Below, one piece after another: positions 39,069 through 47,817 of a stretch of 64,000 nucleotides of DNA. Positions within the stretch are counted from its first letter, which is position 1. Each line of letters starts with the position of its first letter. A program made the translations under genes and the position numbers. The notes under the pieces are model-generated. The model searched no databases. It was not told where the DNA came from and saw only the letters and a program-made list of their open reading frames with translations. This DNA is from an uncultured delta proteobacterium. GTDB lineage: Bacteria; Bdellovibrionota; FAC87; UBA2466. The stretch spans positions 1,056,001-1,120,000 of the forward strand of contig CAVZSV010000004.1 of the NCBI GenBank assembly GCA_963778115.1, in the 5' to 3' direction.

Positions 39069-39905
39069 CTAGGGTGTTTTGCCGCGCTCATATTTCGCTA
39101 GATGATCGAGTACAAGCATTTTCCTATCTGGGCTTCTAAAGCTACAGGCAAACCCCGCAAGAAGTCCGGGTAGAGCATCAAGTTTCGAAGAATAAATTTG
39201 TTCGACGTGAAGTGGATCGGCCATCTTCATTGGATACCCGACGTAGATCATTTCTGATTTAATAACGGAGACAAAGACAGACACCTTCGCAGTTGGATTT
39301 GCTGAACAATAATCAGCAAACTTGTTATTGTACTTTCTTTCAATCCAATCGATGACGGTATCCGTCACGGAAGAAACTGAAGACGGCATGTTGGGCGCAA
39401 CAGCATCAATCAGTGCAATAGGCTTCAGATCGTCGCCCAAGAGTGCGATATCAGCGTCTTTTGGTTGCGCGCCCTTCGTACCGATGCCAAGAGGAAATTC
39501 GATCGCGAGCCGGTCTTGAGGCACGTTCCCCGCCATCGTTTTGTACAGCAGCAATTCTGTTAGAGTATCCCACAAAGAAGTTGTTCTGAAGTTAAGTAGC
39601 TTTACCGCAATTTGCTTGCGCTGTTCGGGAGTAAATTTAAGCGTACCTAATGCATCCTCGATGCTAGCGAGAACGCCTTCGGGTGTTGCCGCATTGGTCG
39701 TCGATTGCCGAAACAAGGGGTAGTCCTTCACTAGAAGAGCCGTGACCAGATCAAAAACCTCTTTGCCTTCTTCTAATTCTGCCCCGTTAGGATATTTTTT
39801 GTTGGCCTTGTTCGTAAACTCACCCGCATCAATGATGGCGTTGAGGTGGGGATACTGAGCGAGCTTTGTCAGCGAGTCTTGTAGTGTCCCAGGAATCTTA
39901 GCCAC
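39069..39905 (-). CDS. hypothetical protein, possibly restriction-endonuclease-like fold
   Basis: WDTLTELL...IEFP...KDADIAL...ALIDAV resembles a degenerate PD-(D/E)xK motif. Confidence 0.45.
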   Translation of the reverse strand: MAKIPGTLQDSLTKLAQYPHLNAIIDAGEFTNKANKKYPNGAELEEGKEVFDLVTALLVKDYPLFRQSTTNAATPEGVLASIEDALGTLKFTPEQRKQIAVKLLNFRTTSLWDTLTELLLYKTMAGNVPQDRLAIEFPLGIGTKGAQPKDADIALLGDDLKPIALIDAVAPNMPSSVSSVTDTVIDWIERKYNNKFADYCSANPTAKVSVFVSVIKSEMIYVGYPMKMADPLHVEQIYSSKLDALPGLLAGFACSFRSPDRKMLVLDHLAKYERGKTP

Positions 39906-40188
39906 AATTCGTAACCTCGTATCTGTTCACTTCAAATTGATACGCCAATTCTGAAAGTGTAACGTCGTGGAAATTCCATGGGAAGTCTTAGTGCAAAATC
40001 ATTGTTCTGGGTGGTAGGAGTGATAAATTTCTCGCTTACTTTCTTGGGAAAAAATGGGAAAGAAAACTTAAAAAACAGCCAAAAACCATCATAAACATTC
40101 AAGAACGCAAATCCCCCTAAGTTTTTGTTATCATTGAAAATAGGTCTTGTTTCGATGAGTTAGCAAAACGACGAAAATACGTCGTTTT

Positions 40189-40208
40189 AGCTTTGCAAGC
40201 TGGGGGTC
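40189..40208 (+). repeat. att junction between elements B and C (20-bp tRNA-Ala copy)
   Basis: AGCTTTGCAAGCTGGGGGTC, identical to 31186-31205. Confidence 0.9.
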
Positions 40209-40697
40209 AGAATCTAGGAAAAGTCTCCGGTCCGTGGTGTAAACAGTCTGGAGGGGTGCAGTATACGGTCGCAAAAATAAAAAGTCTCGCCGTATCCGCT
40301 TTTGTATCCTTTTTCAGGTCGAAAAAGTGATTTTATGTTCGAGAAAAGTTCAATCAATTCAAGAGATGCTGTTCGAAAGTCAAGAGGGCACCAGCTCTTT
40401 AGTTTGATGCGCTAATAATCCCGCTAATTTTTTTCTAATCCGTCCCAAAGAATTTCGGATCTCTAGCCGCCAATTAACTGAGGAAGAGCGTCGTCACAAG
40501 GTTCGTTTGGGTCGCGTTTCCCAATGGACTTAGCAATAGCGGCTCTTGGTTTCGAATCCGTTCCTAAGTTTGAAAGTATTCGGGAGTACTCCATGTCAGA
40601 CAGCGAAGATGCTAGCGGCTACGGAATGGTACCAAACACGTTATAATGCGATACGGACTTTTTTAAACGCGGCACGGGCATAATAAAGGAGATAGAT

Positions 40698-40892
40698 ATG
40701 GGAAAATTGTTCAGCTGGTTGAGTACCTCGATGGCGATTGCATGCCTACTGGAGATTGCATCCAACCCGAAACAAGCTATTCGTGATATTCAGCGAGGGC
40801 CGATGCCCGAATTGGAGAAGTTCGATTGCCAACTAAATCATCCAATTGGTCCCCCGGCTATTCGACCCAGGAAGATACTTTCACACAGATAG
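40698..40892 (+). CDS. small hypothetical protein
   Basis: AAGGAG RBS, 64 aa, hydrophobic N-terminus. Confidence 0.45.
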   Translation: MGKLFSWLSTSMAIACLLEIASNPKQAIRDIQRGPMPELEKFDCQLNHPIGPPAIRPRKILSHR

Positions 40893-40901
40893 GCCAGAAC
40901 C

Positions 40902-41222
40902 ATGACTACAACCGCTTTGGATTTGCTGAAAGAACACGAAGACACGTTGCTAAAGATCAAGCAGCGCTATTATTTCTTGCAGGCTTTTGAAACCGTGCTT
41001 AGCGATCGCACAAAAGGGCATCGATTTGAGATACCAAACGGCACCGTCTATCAGTGCGCTTTCGATTGTTACGACATGCTCGCAATAGATCTGGCATCTC
41101 TCTGCCGAGGGATGATTGGAAGGGGCGGCTTAGCCGATGTTTCAAATCATAAAGACGGAGAAAATCGTCTGTTCCAGCATCCAGAAGCACCGGATTTTCT
41201 TACGCCGGTTCCAACGTACTAA
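40902..41222 (+). pseudogene. truncated protein, possibly the N-terminus of an AbiU2/HEPN-like protein
   Basis: Helical N-terminus with YDMLAIDLASL, then abrupt degeneration. Confidence 0.35.
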
Positions 41223-41375
41223 TCGCCACGGGATCAAAATTGCTGTTTGCCTCCCTCCCTACTCCTTCTCTCCACATTGCAACGAAATGTTTAAAGGTCG
41301 TTTCTCTTGTGAAACATGAGTCTCAGACTTGAGACGTAAACCGCAAATTCTTTCCTACGATTAGAGCTGAATACC

Positions 41376-41390
41376 TGGCCCAAACTTTGC
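41376..41390 (+). promoter_or_regulatory. sigma54-type promoter of LysM gene 2
   Basis: TGGCCCAAACTTTGC (GG-N10-GC), 40 bp upstream of GTG 41430. Confidence 0.6.
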
Positions 41391-41429
41391 TCCTCTAGAA
41401 AACGGTGTTCCAAATAATAGAGGGTTAAC

Positions 41430-42347
41430 GTGGCTACGGTTAAGGAAGTTTTCTACAGCGTCCAGCCAGGGGATTCCCTGTCCCGGATTGCGGCTAAATC
41501 GGGAGGCACTCTTCTTCCCATCGATCGCAATCAGAGGTTGGCAAAACTGATTCAGCTGAACCCTCAAATTAAGCATCCGGATGTCATTTATCCAGGTGAA
41601 CTAATTAGGTTAGGCTCGGTCGATGGGCATCTTGACCCGACATCGAATTTTGATCTAGGGGAAGTTCGAAAGGTCTGGAAAAGCCTCAGTAAGGATACTA
41701 GAGAGATTATTCAGAAAAACTTTGATGTCCTCGAATGGATGGCTAGCCAGAAGGACCGGCTCGATTTCCTGGACAACGTTTCATGGCAGGGGAGACCTCT
41801 CTTAGAAGCAGTTCCCGAAATGAACTACGGGGTTATCCCCGCCGAGTATCGACGTTTCAGAATTGCACTTGAGGAACTCACCGCAATTCGTGGAAATACT
41901 ATTTCGATTTTGCAAAGTCTTCGCATTTCGGTGGTTCGGGAACCAGTGTTTATTCTGACTGCCACTTCGAATGGCCTCTATAAATATACCCAAACTCTTC
42001 TCAAGATGGTGGAGTGGGCAGAGAAGGCAAAACTGGGGAAGAAGTTGCTCTTCTTCGAAGTTGGATCTGAAGTTGTGAAGGTCGGGGCAACAGCCGCTAT
42101 AACTAAGAGTGGAATGGAGACTTCTAAACAAGCGGCTAGAGGGGTTATTAAAGTTGCATCGGGCTATGGCGCCGGATTACTGGCTAAGAGGGTTTGCTCA
42201 GTTACAGTAAGAAAGGGCCCTTCGGGCTGGCTAACCTGTGCGGCTGCCTTTGGGGTTGGAATTTGGGGCAGTCAGTACGCTGCTGGAAAGCTTAGTGATA
42301 TTTTGCTTGGAAAACCCATCGATGCCCAGCTGAGGGGAATGCCATGA
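41430..42347 (+). CDS. LysM-domain protein with hydrophobic toxin-like C-terminus (paralog 2)
   Basis: YSVQPGDSLSRIA...LNPQIKHPDVIYPGELI; aligns by eye over its full length with 36656-37591. Confidence 0.8.
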   Translation: MATVKEVFYSVQPGDSLSRIAAKSGGTLLPIDRNQRLAKLIQLNPQIKHPDVIYPGELIRLGSVDGHLDPTSNFDLGEVRKVWKSLSKDTREIIQKNFDVLEWMASQKDRLDFLDNVSWQGRPLLEAVPEMNYGVIPAEYRRFRIALEELTAIRGNTISILQSLRISVVREPVFILTATSNGLYKYTQTLLKMVEWAEKAKLGKKLLFFEVGSEVVKVGATAAITKSGMETSKQAARGVIKVASGYGAGLLAKRVCSVTVRKGPSGWLTCAAAFGVGIWGSQYAAGKLSDILLGKPIDAQLRGMP

Positions 42348-42817
42348 ATCTATCGGTAAACAGAGAGGCATTTAAACTTGCCGCCATTCAGGCCGGTCTG
42401 ACGATTCTTTTCGTCGGGATTGCTTTTCTTGTAGAGAGGTGGACCGGCTTTGAAACGAGAAGTGTTGGCTCGATCTTGGCACTCGTGTTTGGGGGAATGC
42501 TCTACGCCGGTTTGTTTGAACGTCGCCATCCAGGAATCTTGGCCATCTATCTCAAGAGAGTCGCATGGCGTGCTACGCTTTTTCAATTTTTACTTCAATT
42601 GCCAGTTGCGTTTCTCGTCTATTTTCCGGGAATAGCTCGAACTCTAGTTTCTATCCTTTTGGCGAAGGAGTTCCATAACTCCGATATCACAATTTTGTTA
42701 GTTAGCTGCGCCATCTCGATTCTACTGATTCCGGTAGCGCTCTATTTGTTCACCAAGATGGGAATGCAAGTAGGAATTGAAGGTGGAAAGTCGCGCAACG
42801 GTGGCGGTAAGGCCTGA
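42344..42817 (+). CDS. 4-TM membrane protein, candidate immunity protein
   Basis: ATGA overlap with LysM gene 2; four hydrophobic segments. Confidence 0.7.
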   Translation: MNLSVNREAFKLAAIQAGLTILFVGIAFLVERWTGFETRSVGSILALVFGGMLYAGLFERRHPGILAIYLKRVAWRATLFQFLLQLPVAFLVYFPGIARTLVSILLAKEFHNSDITILLVSCAISILLIPVALYLFTKMGMQVGIEGGKSRNGGGKA

Positions 42818-42869
42818 ACGTTGCCTAAATGATCCGCTAAAAAGAGATTAGTTCGATTGTGCCGCGATT

Positions 42870-43238
42870 TTATAGAAATACGCGATAGTCCAAATTGAAA
42901 ATCTTCGAAAGACGCTTAGCGAGATTCTTACCCACGGACCTCTTTCCAGTTTCGATCTGCGAAATATTCGACTGAGGAATTTTGAGCTTCAATGCCAACT
43001 CTGCCTGCGTCAAACCAGCTCCTTCTCGCGCACTCTTGACCATATAAGCAGACTCTCCTCCCGCCGCCTTAATGCGATTCTTGGCCAAGTCTCGCCAAGG
43101 AACAGACTTATCTTCATATTCCTTCAAAGCTCCCACGATCGTCTTTAGCTTCGAAGAGGGCACCCCCCGAAACAAAAGAACCTTCCCCTCAACGTTAATC
43201 TGAACTTTAGTAGGGAGCTTTTTCGTGAGTACCGACAT
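42870..43238 (-). CDS. XRE/HigA-like HTH antitoxin
   Basis: AREGAGLTQAELALKLKIPQSNISQIETGKRSVG; downstream of a RelE-like gene. Confidence 0.85.
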   Translation of the reverse strand: MSVLTKKLPTKVQINVEGKVLLFRGVPSSKLKTIVGALKEYEDKSVPWRDLAKNRIKAAGGESAYMVKSAREGAGLTQAELALKLKIPQSNISQIETGKRSVGKNLAKRLSKIFNLDYRVFL

Positions 43239-43493
43239 AGTAGACCTCTATTATTCTTATCTCTTTTTGATCACTTCCCAACAAGCCACGTAAGTCGGGC
43301 GTCCCTTCTTAATGTGGCAATGATACCTTTCGTCCTTGTGACTTCCCTTCAATCTTCCAAAATTGTCCCAATTAGCCCGGAGAGGGCCAGCAACTTCCAA
43401 TTCCTTGAAGAGAAGGTCGAACTTCTGCTGGATTGGCTCAGTTAGCTTTTCTAGTCGTTTTGCTGCTTTCTTGCTGATGCCAACTCTCCACAT
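43207..43493 (-). pseudogene. RelE/HigB-like toxin, frameshifted
   Basis: YHCHIKKGRPTYVACWEV in frame 0 (stop at 43257); the family-like tail IRIIEVYYVGTHEKAPY* is in the -1 frame and ends at 43207. Confidence 0.8.
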
Positions 43494-43792
43494 TTGCTTA
43501 TGTTATACCATTTTAAGGTATATATCAATATATGGTATATCATTCAACGGAGCTAACAAAATTCGCTATCGAATACGGTTCCTTACACGTTAAATCAATG
43601 GATATTATTGAGGCTTGATGGCGGCTATTGGTTATCTTGGCCGTATCCGCTTCCGTATCCGTTTTGTACTCCGAATTTTCAATAGCAGCCATGAACAATC
43701 AAGGGTGAAAACTTGCTCTAAGTTTCTGTTTGTTTTGAATTATCGACTGATTTCATAAAGATAGAATTTTCGCTGAAAACCTATCTGTCAGA

Positions 43793-43837
43793 TTTGCAAG
43801 CTGGGAGTCGAGGGTTCGATCCCCTTCGCCTCCACCA
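43793..43837 (+). pseudogene. displaced 3' half of tRNA-Ala(TGC), att junction
   Basis: 44 of 45 nt identical to 31189-31233 (A at 43806); starts at the anticodon loop and includes CCA. Confidence 0.95.
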
Positions 43838-43969
43838 AATATTTCAATTACTTAATTCTGTTTTTCGATCGTAGCAATATTCCATTTGGGATCATTTTGG
43901 GATCATTCCAAATTTTTTTGATCGAACTGAAGGTGCCCATTCTTCAATGCGGAAACTAGCGGGCTGGAC

Positions 43970-44767
43970 TTAGTCCGTCCCAAGGCTTAAATATTTGCAA
44001 CGATTTGTCAGCAGATGCGGTTCGTCCCAGGAGTAGACGATGGGCTTAGTGTTTTGATATTGAGCGCACTTCGGATCGTCTTTTACAGCTGGGGTCTGAG
44101 TTTCGCGGTAGGTCCAGTTATAATCCGTCTTCGGAACCTTATCTACTATGATGGTCGTGATAAGCTTGCATGGTCCCTGGGGTGAAGAGATATTTTTCCA
44201 GGTCGTGTCAGATTCCTTAGTTAGTCCCATCTGAAAAATCTCCGAATTTACCGTGCATGTCTCGGCATCGAATCGGATTAGTTCCTGTAGGGTTTTACCG
44301 AAAACGGAGGGCGACTTTGCCTTGCAAAGCTTTTGTTCTATTGCGGAGCGGGCTACGTAGAAATCGCGATTTCTGATCTTTTGCGCCCCCGCGAGTAACT
44401 TTTCGTCCGTCTCGTAGATCGGACAGAAATGCTGTTTTCCTCCGTTCAACTGTTCGGGTGTCATGTGTTCCGTATGTTGTTTCGCACCTACTAGCCGACT
44501 TTTCATCTCCTCGGTAGAGAGTTGCACTACGTACAATCGAACTGCATTACAAAAAACCGACTCCTTATCAAATTTCGTACACAGCATAGAAAGGGAGGAG
44601 TTTCCCTCCGAGTTCATTAGATCATTAAATGTGGGGACTATATCGTAAGTAACAGGCGGCGAGCCTGCCGGGGGCACAGGGGAAGTGGCCGGAGACTCGG
44701 CAAAGAGGGAGGCACAAAACAGAACTGAAAGCAGAAAGTATACATTTCTCATGGCCCTCTCCATCAA
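43970..44767 (-). CDS. secreted Cys-containing hypothetical protein
   Basis: Signal peptide MRNVYFLLSVLFCASLFA; abuts or overlaps the permease stop. Confidence 0.7.
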   Translation of the reverse strand: MMERAMRNVYFLLSVLFCASLFAESPATSPVPPAGSPPVTYDIVPTFNDLMNSEGNSSLSMLCTKFDKESVFCNAVRLYVVQLSTEEMKSRLVGAKQHTEHMTPEQLNGGKQHFCPIYETDEKLLAGAQKIRNRDFYVARSAIEQKLCKAKSPSVFGKTLQELIRFDAETCTVNSEIFQMGLTKESDTTWKNISSPQGPCKLITTIIVDKVPKTDYNWTYRETQTPAVKDDPKCAQYQNTKPIVYSWDEPHLLTNRCKYLSLGTD

Positions 44768-46026
44768 ATCGTAACGCTAAGGCCATCGGCCAACGCGTTA
44801 CGGAATGCCTTCCAAGCGGGGATCATGCCAATGAGAAAGCCACCCACGAGCATAACGCCCAAGTAAATAAGTTCGTTAGATCCCAGTAACGTGATGGGAA
44901 GATAAACGCCAAACTCTTTTTCGATGAGCGGCTGACTGAGCCACAGTACCCCGTATACTAACGCAGTACCCAATATCAGGCCCGTCAGAGTCAATACCCC
45001 TGATTCCAAGATCAAAAGCGTGACGATCTTTTTTGGTCCAGCCCCCAATGTGCGAAGAATCGCCATCTCTCTTCGTCTTTCGTTGAGGGAAGTATAAAGA
45101 GCAATGAGCATGCCTATGAAACCACTTAGCACCACAAAGAAAGAGACAAGGCGTAAACCACTCTCAGCGTAGCTCACCCCCTCCCAAAGATCTGCTAGTG
45201 CTACGCCCGGCATGATAGCTAAAAGAGGCTCTCCTTCGTACGTATCAATTTCTCGCTTCAAATATACCGCTCCGATCCTGCTCTTAGTCCTTAGGAGGAA
45301 GGCCGTGATCTGCTCGATCTTGAGGTCCTCTTTACGGATCTTCGAAGCCGGGATCTCCTGACCTGCTTGGGGCGGGGCTCCGGTTTTCCAATCGATATGG
45401 ACGGCTTCCATCCCTTCGAGCGTGATATAGAGAGAGCGGTCGATGGGAGTCCCCGTCCTACCCAAGATGCCAACGACGTGAAAAGGCTTATCAGCGTGAT
45501 CCATCCCGCCCCCGTCCATGGTTCCGTGATTTAAGACGACCTTTTGCCCCAACCCGTATCGCAGCCTACGAGCCACTTCCGATCCCAAGACCACATCGAA
45601 AATATCGCTCGCTATCTTTCCTTGTTCGAGCCGTAGACTACGATCCCTGCGAAAATGGTAGTGTGCATAGAAATCTTCATTGGTCGCCACCACTCTAAAC
45701 CCGCGATGACTATCCCCCAACGAATAAGGAATAACCCATTCCGTGGAAGGATGATTCTTGAAATGGAGGTAACTCTGGTAAGAAATGTTATTGGTCGCCT
45801 CTCCCATATGAAATACGGAATAGAGAAGCAGTTGAAGCGGGCCTGTACGCGCGCCAACGATAAGATCTGTCTGACTAATCGTGCTATTAAAACTATCGTG
45901 CGCCCCAGCCCTTATCTTTTCAACGCCCAATAGGAGAGCCACGCTCACGGTGATCGAGACCACGGTGAGAAATGTCGTAAATCGACGATTCTTCAAAGAC
46001 AAAAAAGCAAGTTTTGGTAAAGTCAT
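44764..46026 (-). CDS. ABC transporter permease (MacB/FtsX type, ZrgC-like)
   Basis: TDLIVGAR.GPLQLLLYSVFH, SLGDSHRGFRVV, ERRREMAILRTLGA. Confidence 0.9.
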   Translation of the reverse strand: MTLPKLAFLSLKNRRFTTFLTVVSITVSVALLLGVEKIRAGAHDSFNSTISQTDLIVGARTGPLQLLLYSVFHMGEATNNISYQSYLHFKNHPSTEWVIPYSLGDSHRGFRVVATNEDFYAHYHFRRDRSLRLEQGKIASDIFDVVLGSEVARRLRYGLGQKVVLNHGTMDGGGMDHADKPFHVVGILGRTGTPIDRSLYITLEGMEAVHIDWKTGAPPQAGQEIPASKIRKEDLKIEQITAFLLRTKSRIGAVYLKREIDTYEGEPLLAIMPGVALADLWEGVSYAESGLRLVSFFVVLSGFIGMLIALYTSLNERRREMAILRTLGAGPKKIVTLLILESGVLTLTGLILGTALVYGVLWLSQPLIEKEFGVYLPITLLGSNELIYLGVMLVGGFLIGMIPAWKAFRNALADGLSVTI

Positions 46027-46739
46027 GCGGAGTTAACCTCCTTAAGAGAGACACATCGATCAAAGAGACTTTCCAGTTGTCGATCATGGCTGACAAATAC
46101 TACGGTCGCCCCACTCTTCTCACACTGTTCAAAGAGCATCTGCAAAAATTTCTCGCGGTGATCGTAGTCCAGCGCGGACGTTGGCTCATCGGCAATAATG
46201 ATCTCGGGCGAGCCCAATAAGGCTCTGGCGACCGCCACTCGCTGTTGTTGGCCTACGCTTAACTTAGTCACCTGCTTCTTTAAGACAGCATCTAGCCCCA
46301 GAGAGACAGCAAGTTCTCTTGCTTTTTCCTCCAGGGGAACTGTTATCTTCTTACGACGTTCTGGATTGAGCTCCGCCGACAGCATGATGTTTTGAATGAC
46401 ATTTAAATAGGGAATCAGGTTGAACATCTGAAACACGTAGCCCATATGAGTGCCGCGAAAACGATCTCTTTCAGATGAAGTCAGCGTCACCAAATCGGTA
46501 TTTAAAATTTCAATGGCCCCCCTTTGCGGAGTCAGAATTCCGGCGAGAAGACTCAGAAAGGTCGTTTTTCCACTCCCACTGGGTCCGAAAAGGAAAATAC
46601 GCTCCCCGGCATTGATGTTTAGAGACGCGATCTTTAGTACGGGTTGGTTCTTGGGGTACGAAAACTCGAGGTCTTGTATCCTAATTACCGTACGCTCGCT
46701 AGAAGCCACGGGCTTAGAATTTAAGAGTTTCTTCGGCAT
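46023..46739 (-). CDS. ABC transporter ATP-binding protein (ZrgB-like)
   Basis: GPSGSGKT, LSVGQQQRV, IIADEPT, VSHD. Confidence 0.95.
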   Translation of the reverse strand: MPKKLLNSKPVASSERTVIRIQDLEFSYPKNQPVLKIASLNINAGERIFLFGPSGSGKTTFLSLLAGILTPQRGAIEILNTDLVTLTSSERDRFRGTHMGYVFQMFNLIPYLNVIQNIMLSAELNPERRKKITVPLEEKARELAVSLGLDAVLKKQVTKLSVGQQQRVAVARALLGSPEIIIADEPTSALDYDHREKFLQMLFEQCEKSGATVVFVSHDRQLESLFDRCVSLKEVNSA

Positions 46740-47241
46740 GGCTCACCTTGTTTTCGGTTTGACTTGTCTGAGTGATAATTTGGACTGAAATTTGGTGCAC
46801 GCGCGGAAAGAGCTTCATGAGAAGCACGTGAAACGATGAGCCTTGTAGTTCCTTAGCGCAATGAAAGGAATAAGAGGCGTTAAGATCCGCGTGTCCGCTT
46901 TCGACAGCTCCCGGTTCAGCCGGTTCGAAATCTATTTTCGCGTCTGAAAATCCACATCCAAGTCCTGGATCGAACTGAACCACTGAGCTTACATTGTTTT
47001 TAAATTTATCAAATGCCCCATCTAAAGTTTTTTTCTCAGCAGAAGTTTTAGGATGGTGCTCAAAACCCAAGAAACTCTCCGCGGGCACGTCGATTGCGAC
47101 ACTTCCACTTTTTTCCGTCTCAAGCGCGATGGTGAGTTTCGCCATTCCATGAACATGCGCCTTATGGTTCTGAGTCCCGCAGACAGCCAGAGAAGAGAAT
47201 ACGGCCACTAAATAAATGATCATTTGCCTCGCTAATCTCAT
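46714..47241 (-). CDS. DUF2796/ZrgA-like periplasmic zinc-binding protein
   Basis: HKAHVHG, PAESFLGFEH.P, HADL.ASY.F.C. Confidence 0.85.
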   Translation of the reverse strand: MRLARQMIIYLVAVFSSLAVCGTQNHKAHVHGMAKLTIALETEKSGSVAIDVPAESFLGFEHHPKTSAEKKTLDGAFDKFKNNVSSVVQFDPGLGCGFSDAKIDFEPAEPGAVESGHADLNASYSFHCAKELQGSSFHVLLMKLFPRVHQISVQIITQTSQTENKVSHAEETLKF

Positions 47242-47283
47242 ACTGTTCTCCTTAAACTAGTAACCTATTGCCAAGAAACCTTT

Positions 47284-47817
47284 CTATTGCGTGAACGGAA
47301 ATTCCTTAACTTCCGTCGCTACCATTTTATATAAAGAATCGACTCGGTCTCCCTGAGAAAGAACCCCCGTCACCGTCACACGTTTCTTAAAAAGCGGCGG
47401 CGCCGTACGCCCCGGCGCCATATCAACCTCGATCATGCTATTCGGAGGTGGCAGAGGGACGTGAATACAGCCACCCGAGTAATGCGTAAGCAAGAACTGG
47501 CTCAGTTGGCCTGAGTCAAATTCGTTAGCAAGAATGTAGCCCGAGACCTCTATGGGCTTTCCAAATAGCTTTTGCGCATCGGCGCTAATATTTCGGGCCA
47601 CCAGACCAGTTTGGGAATCGCCTTTTAAACTGCTTCGTTCGAGCTTGTCCCAAATAAGAACGCTATCCGGTTCTTTCGCGGGGACCGTCGGCCATGCCGT
47701 AATCTGCGCAAAAAGCGAGAGAACAAGGACTCCCCAAACCCAGTTTCGACTAAAGTTTTTTAAGATGGAGTTCATATTCCTAATTTCGCCAATTCCACCA
47801 CTCGCTATTGGGATCAT
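47284..47817 (-). CDS. DUF3299-family protein
   Basis: GKPIEVSGY, QFLL, GCIHVPLPPPN. True start probably MNSIL. Confidence 0.8.
   Translation of the reverse strand: MIPIASGGIGEIRNMNSILKNFSRNWVWGVLVLSLFAQITAWPTVPAKEPDSVLIWDKLERSSLKGDSQTGLVARNISADAQKLFGKPIEVSGYILANEFDSGQLSQFLLTHYSGGCIHVPLPPPNSMIEVDMAPGRTAPPLFKKRVTVTGVLSQGDRVDSLYKMVATEVKEFPFTQ

Larger units (their letters stand above)
31189..40198. mobile_element. integrated element B (ICE/IME-like, transfer genes largely deleted)
   Basis: Intact integrase, Xis-like gene, relaxase-like gene; bounded by the tRNA and a 20-bp copy at 40189-40208; TTGGGAAA tandem repeats at both ends. Confidence 0.85.
40192..43799. mobile_element. integrated element C (no integrase; defective or satellite)
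   Basis: Lies between two TTTGCAA cores; GCCGTATCCGCTT at both 40289 and 43640. Confidence 0.75.
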
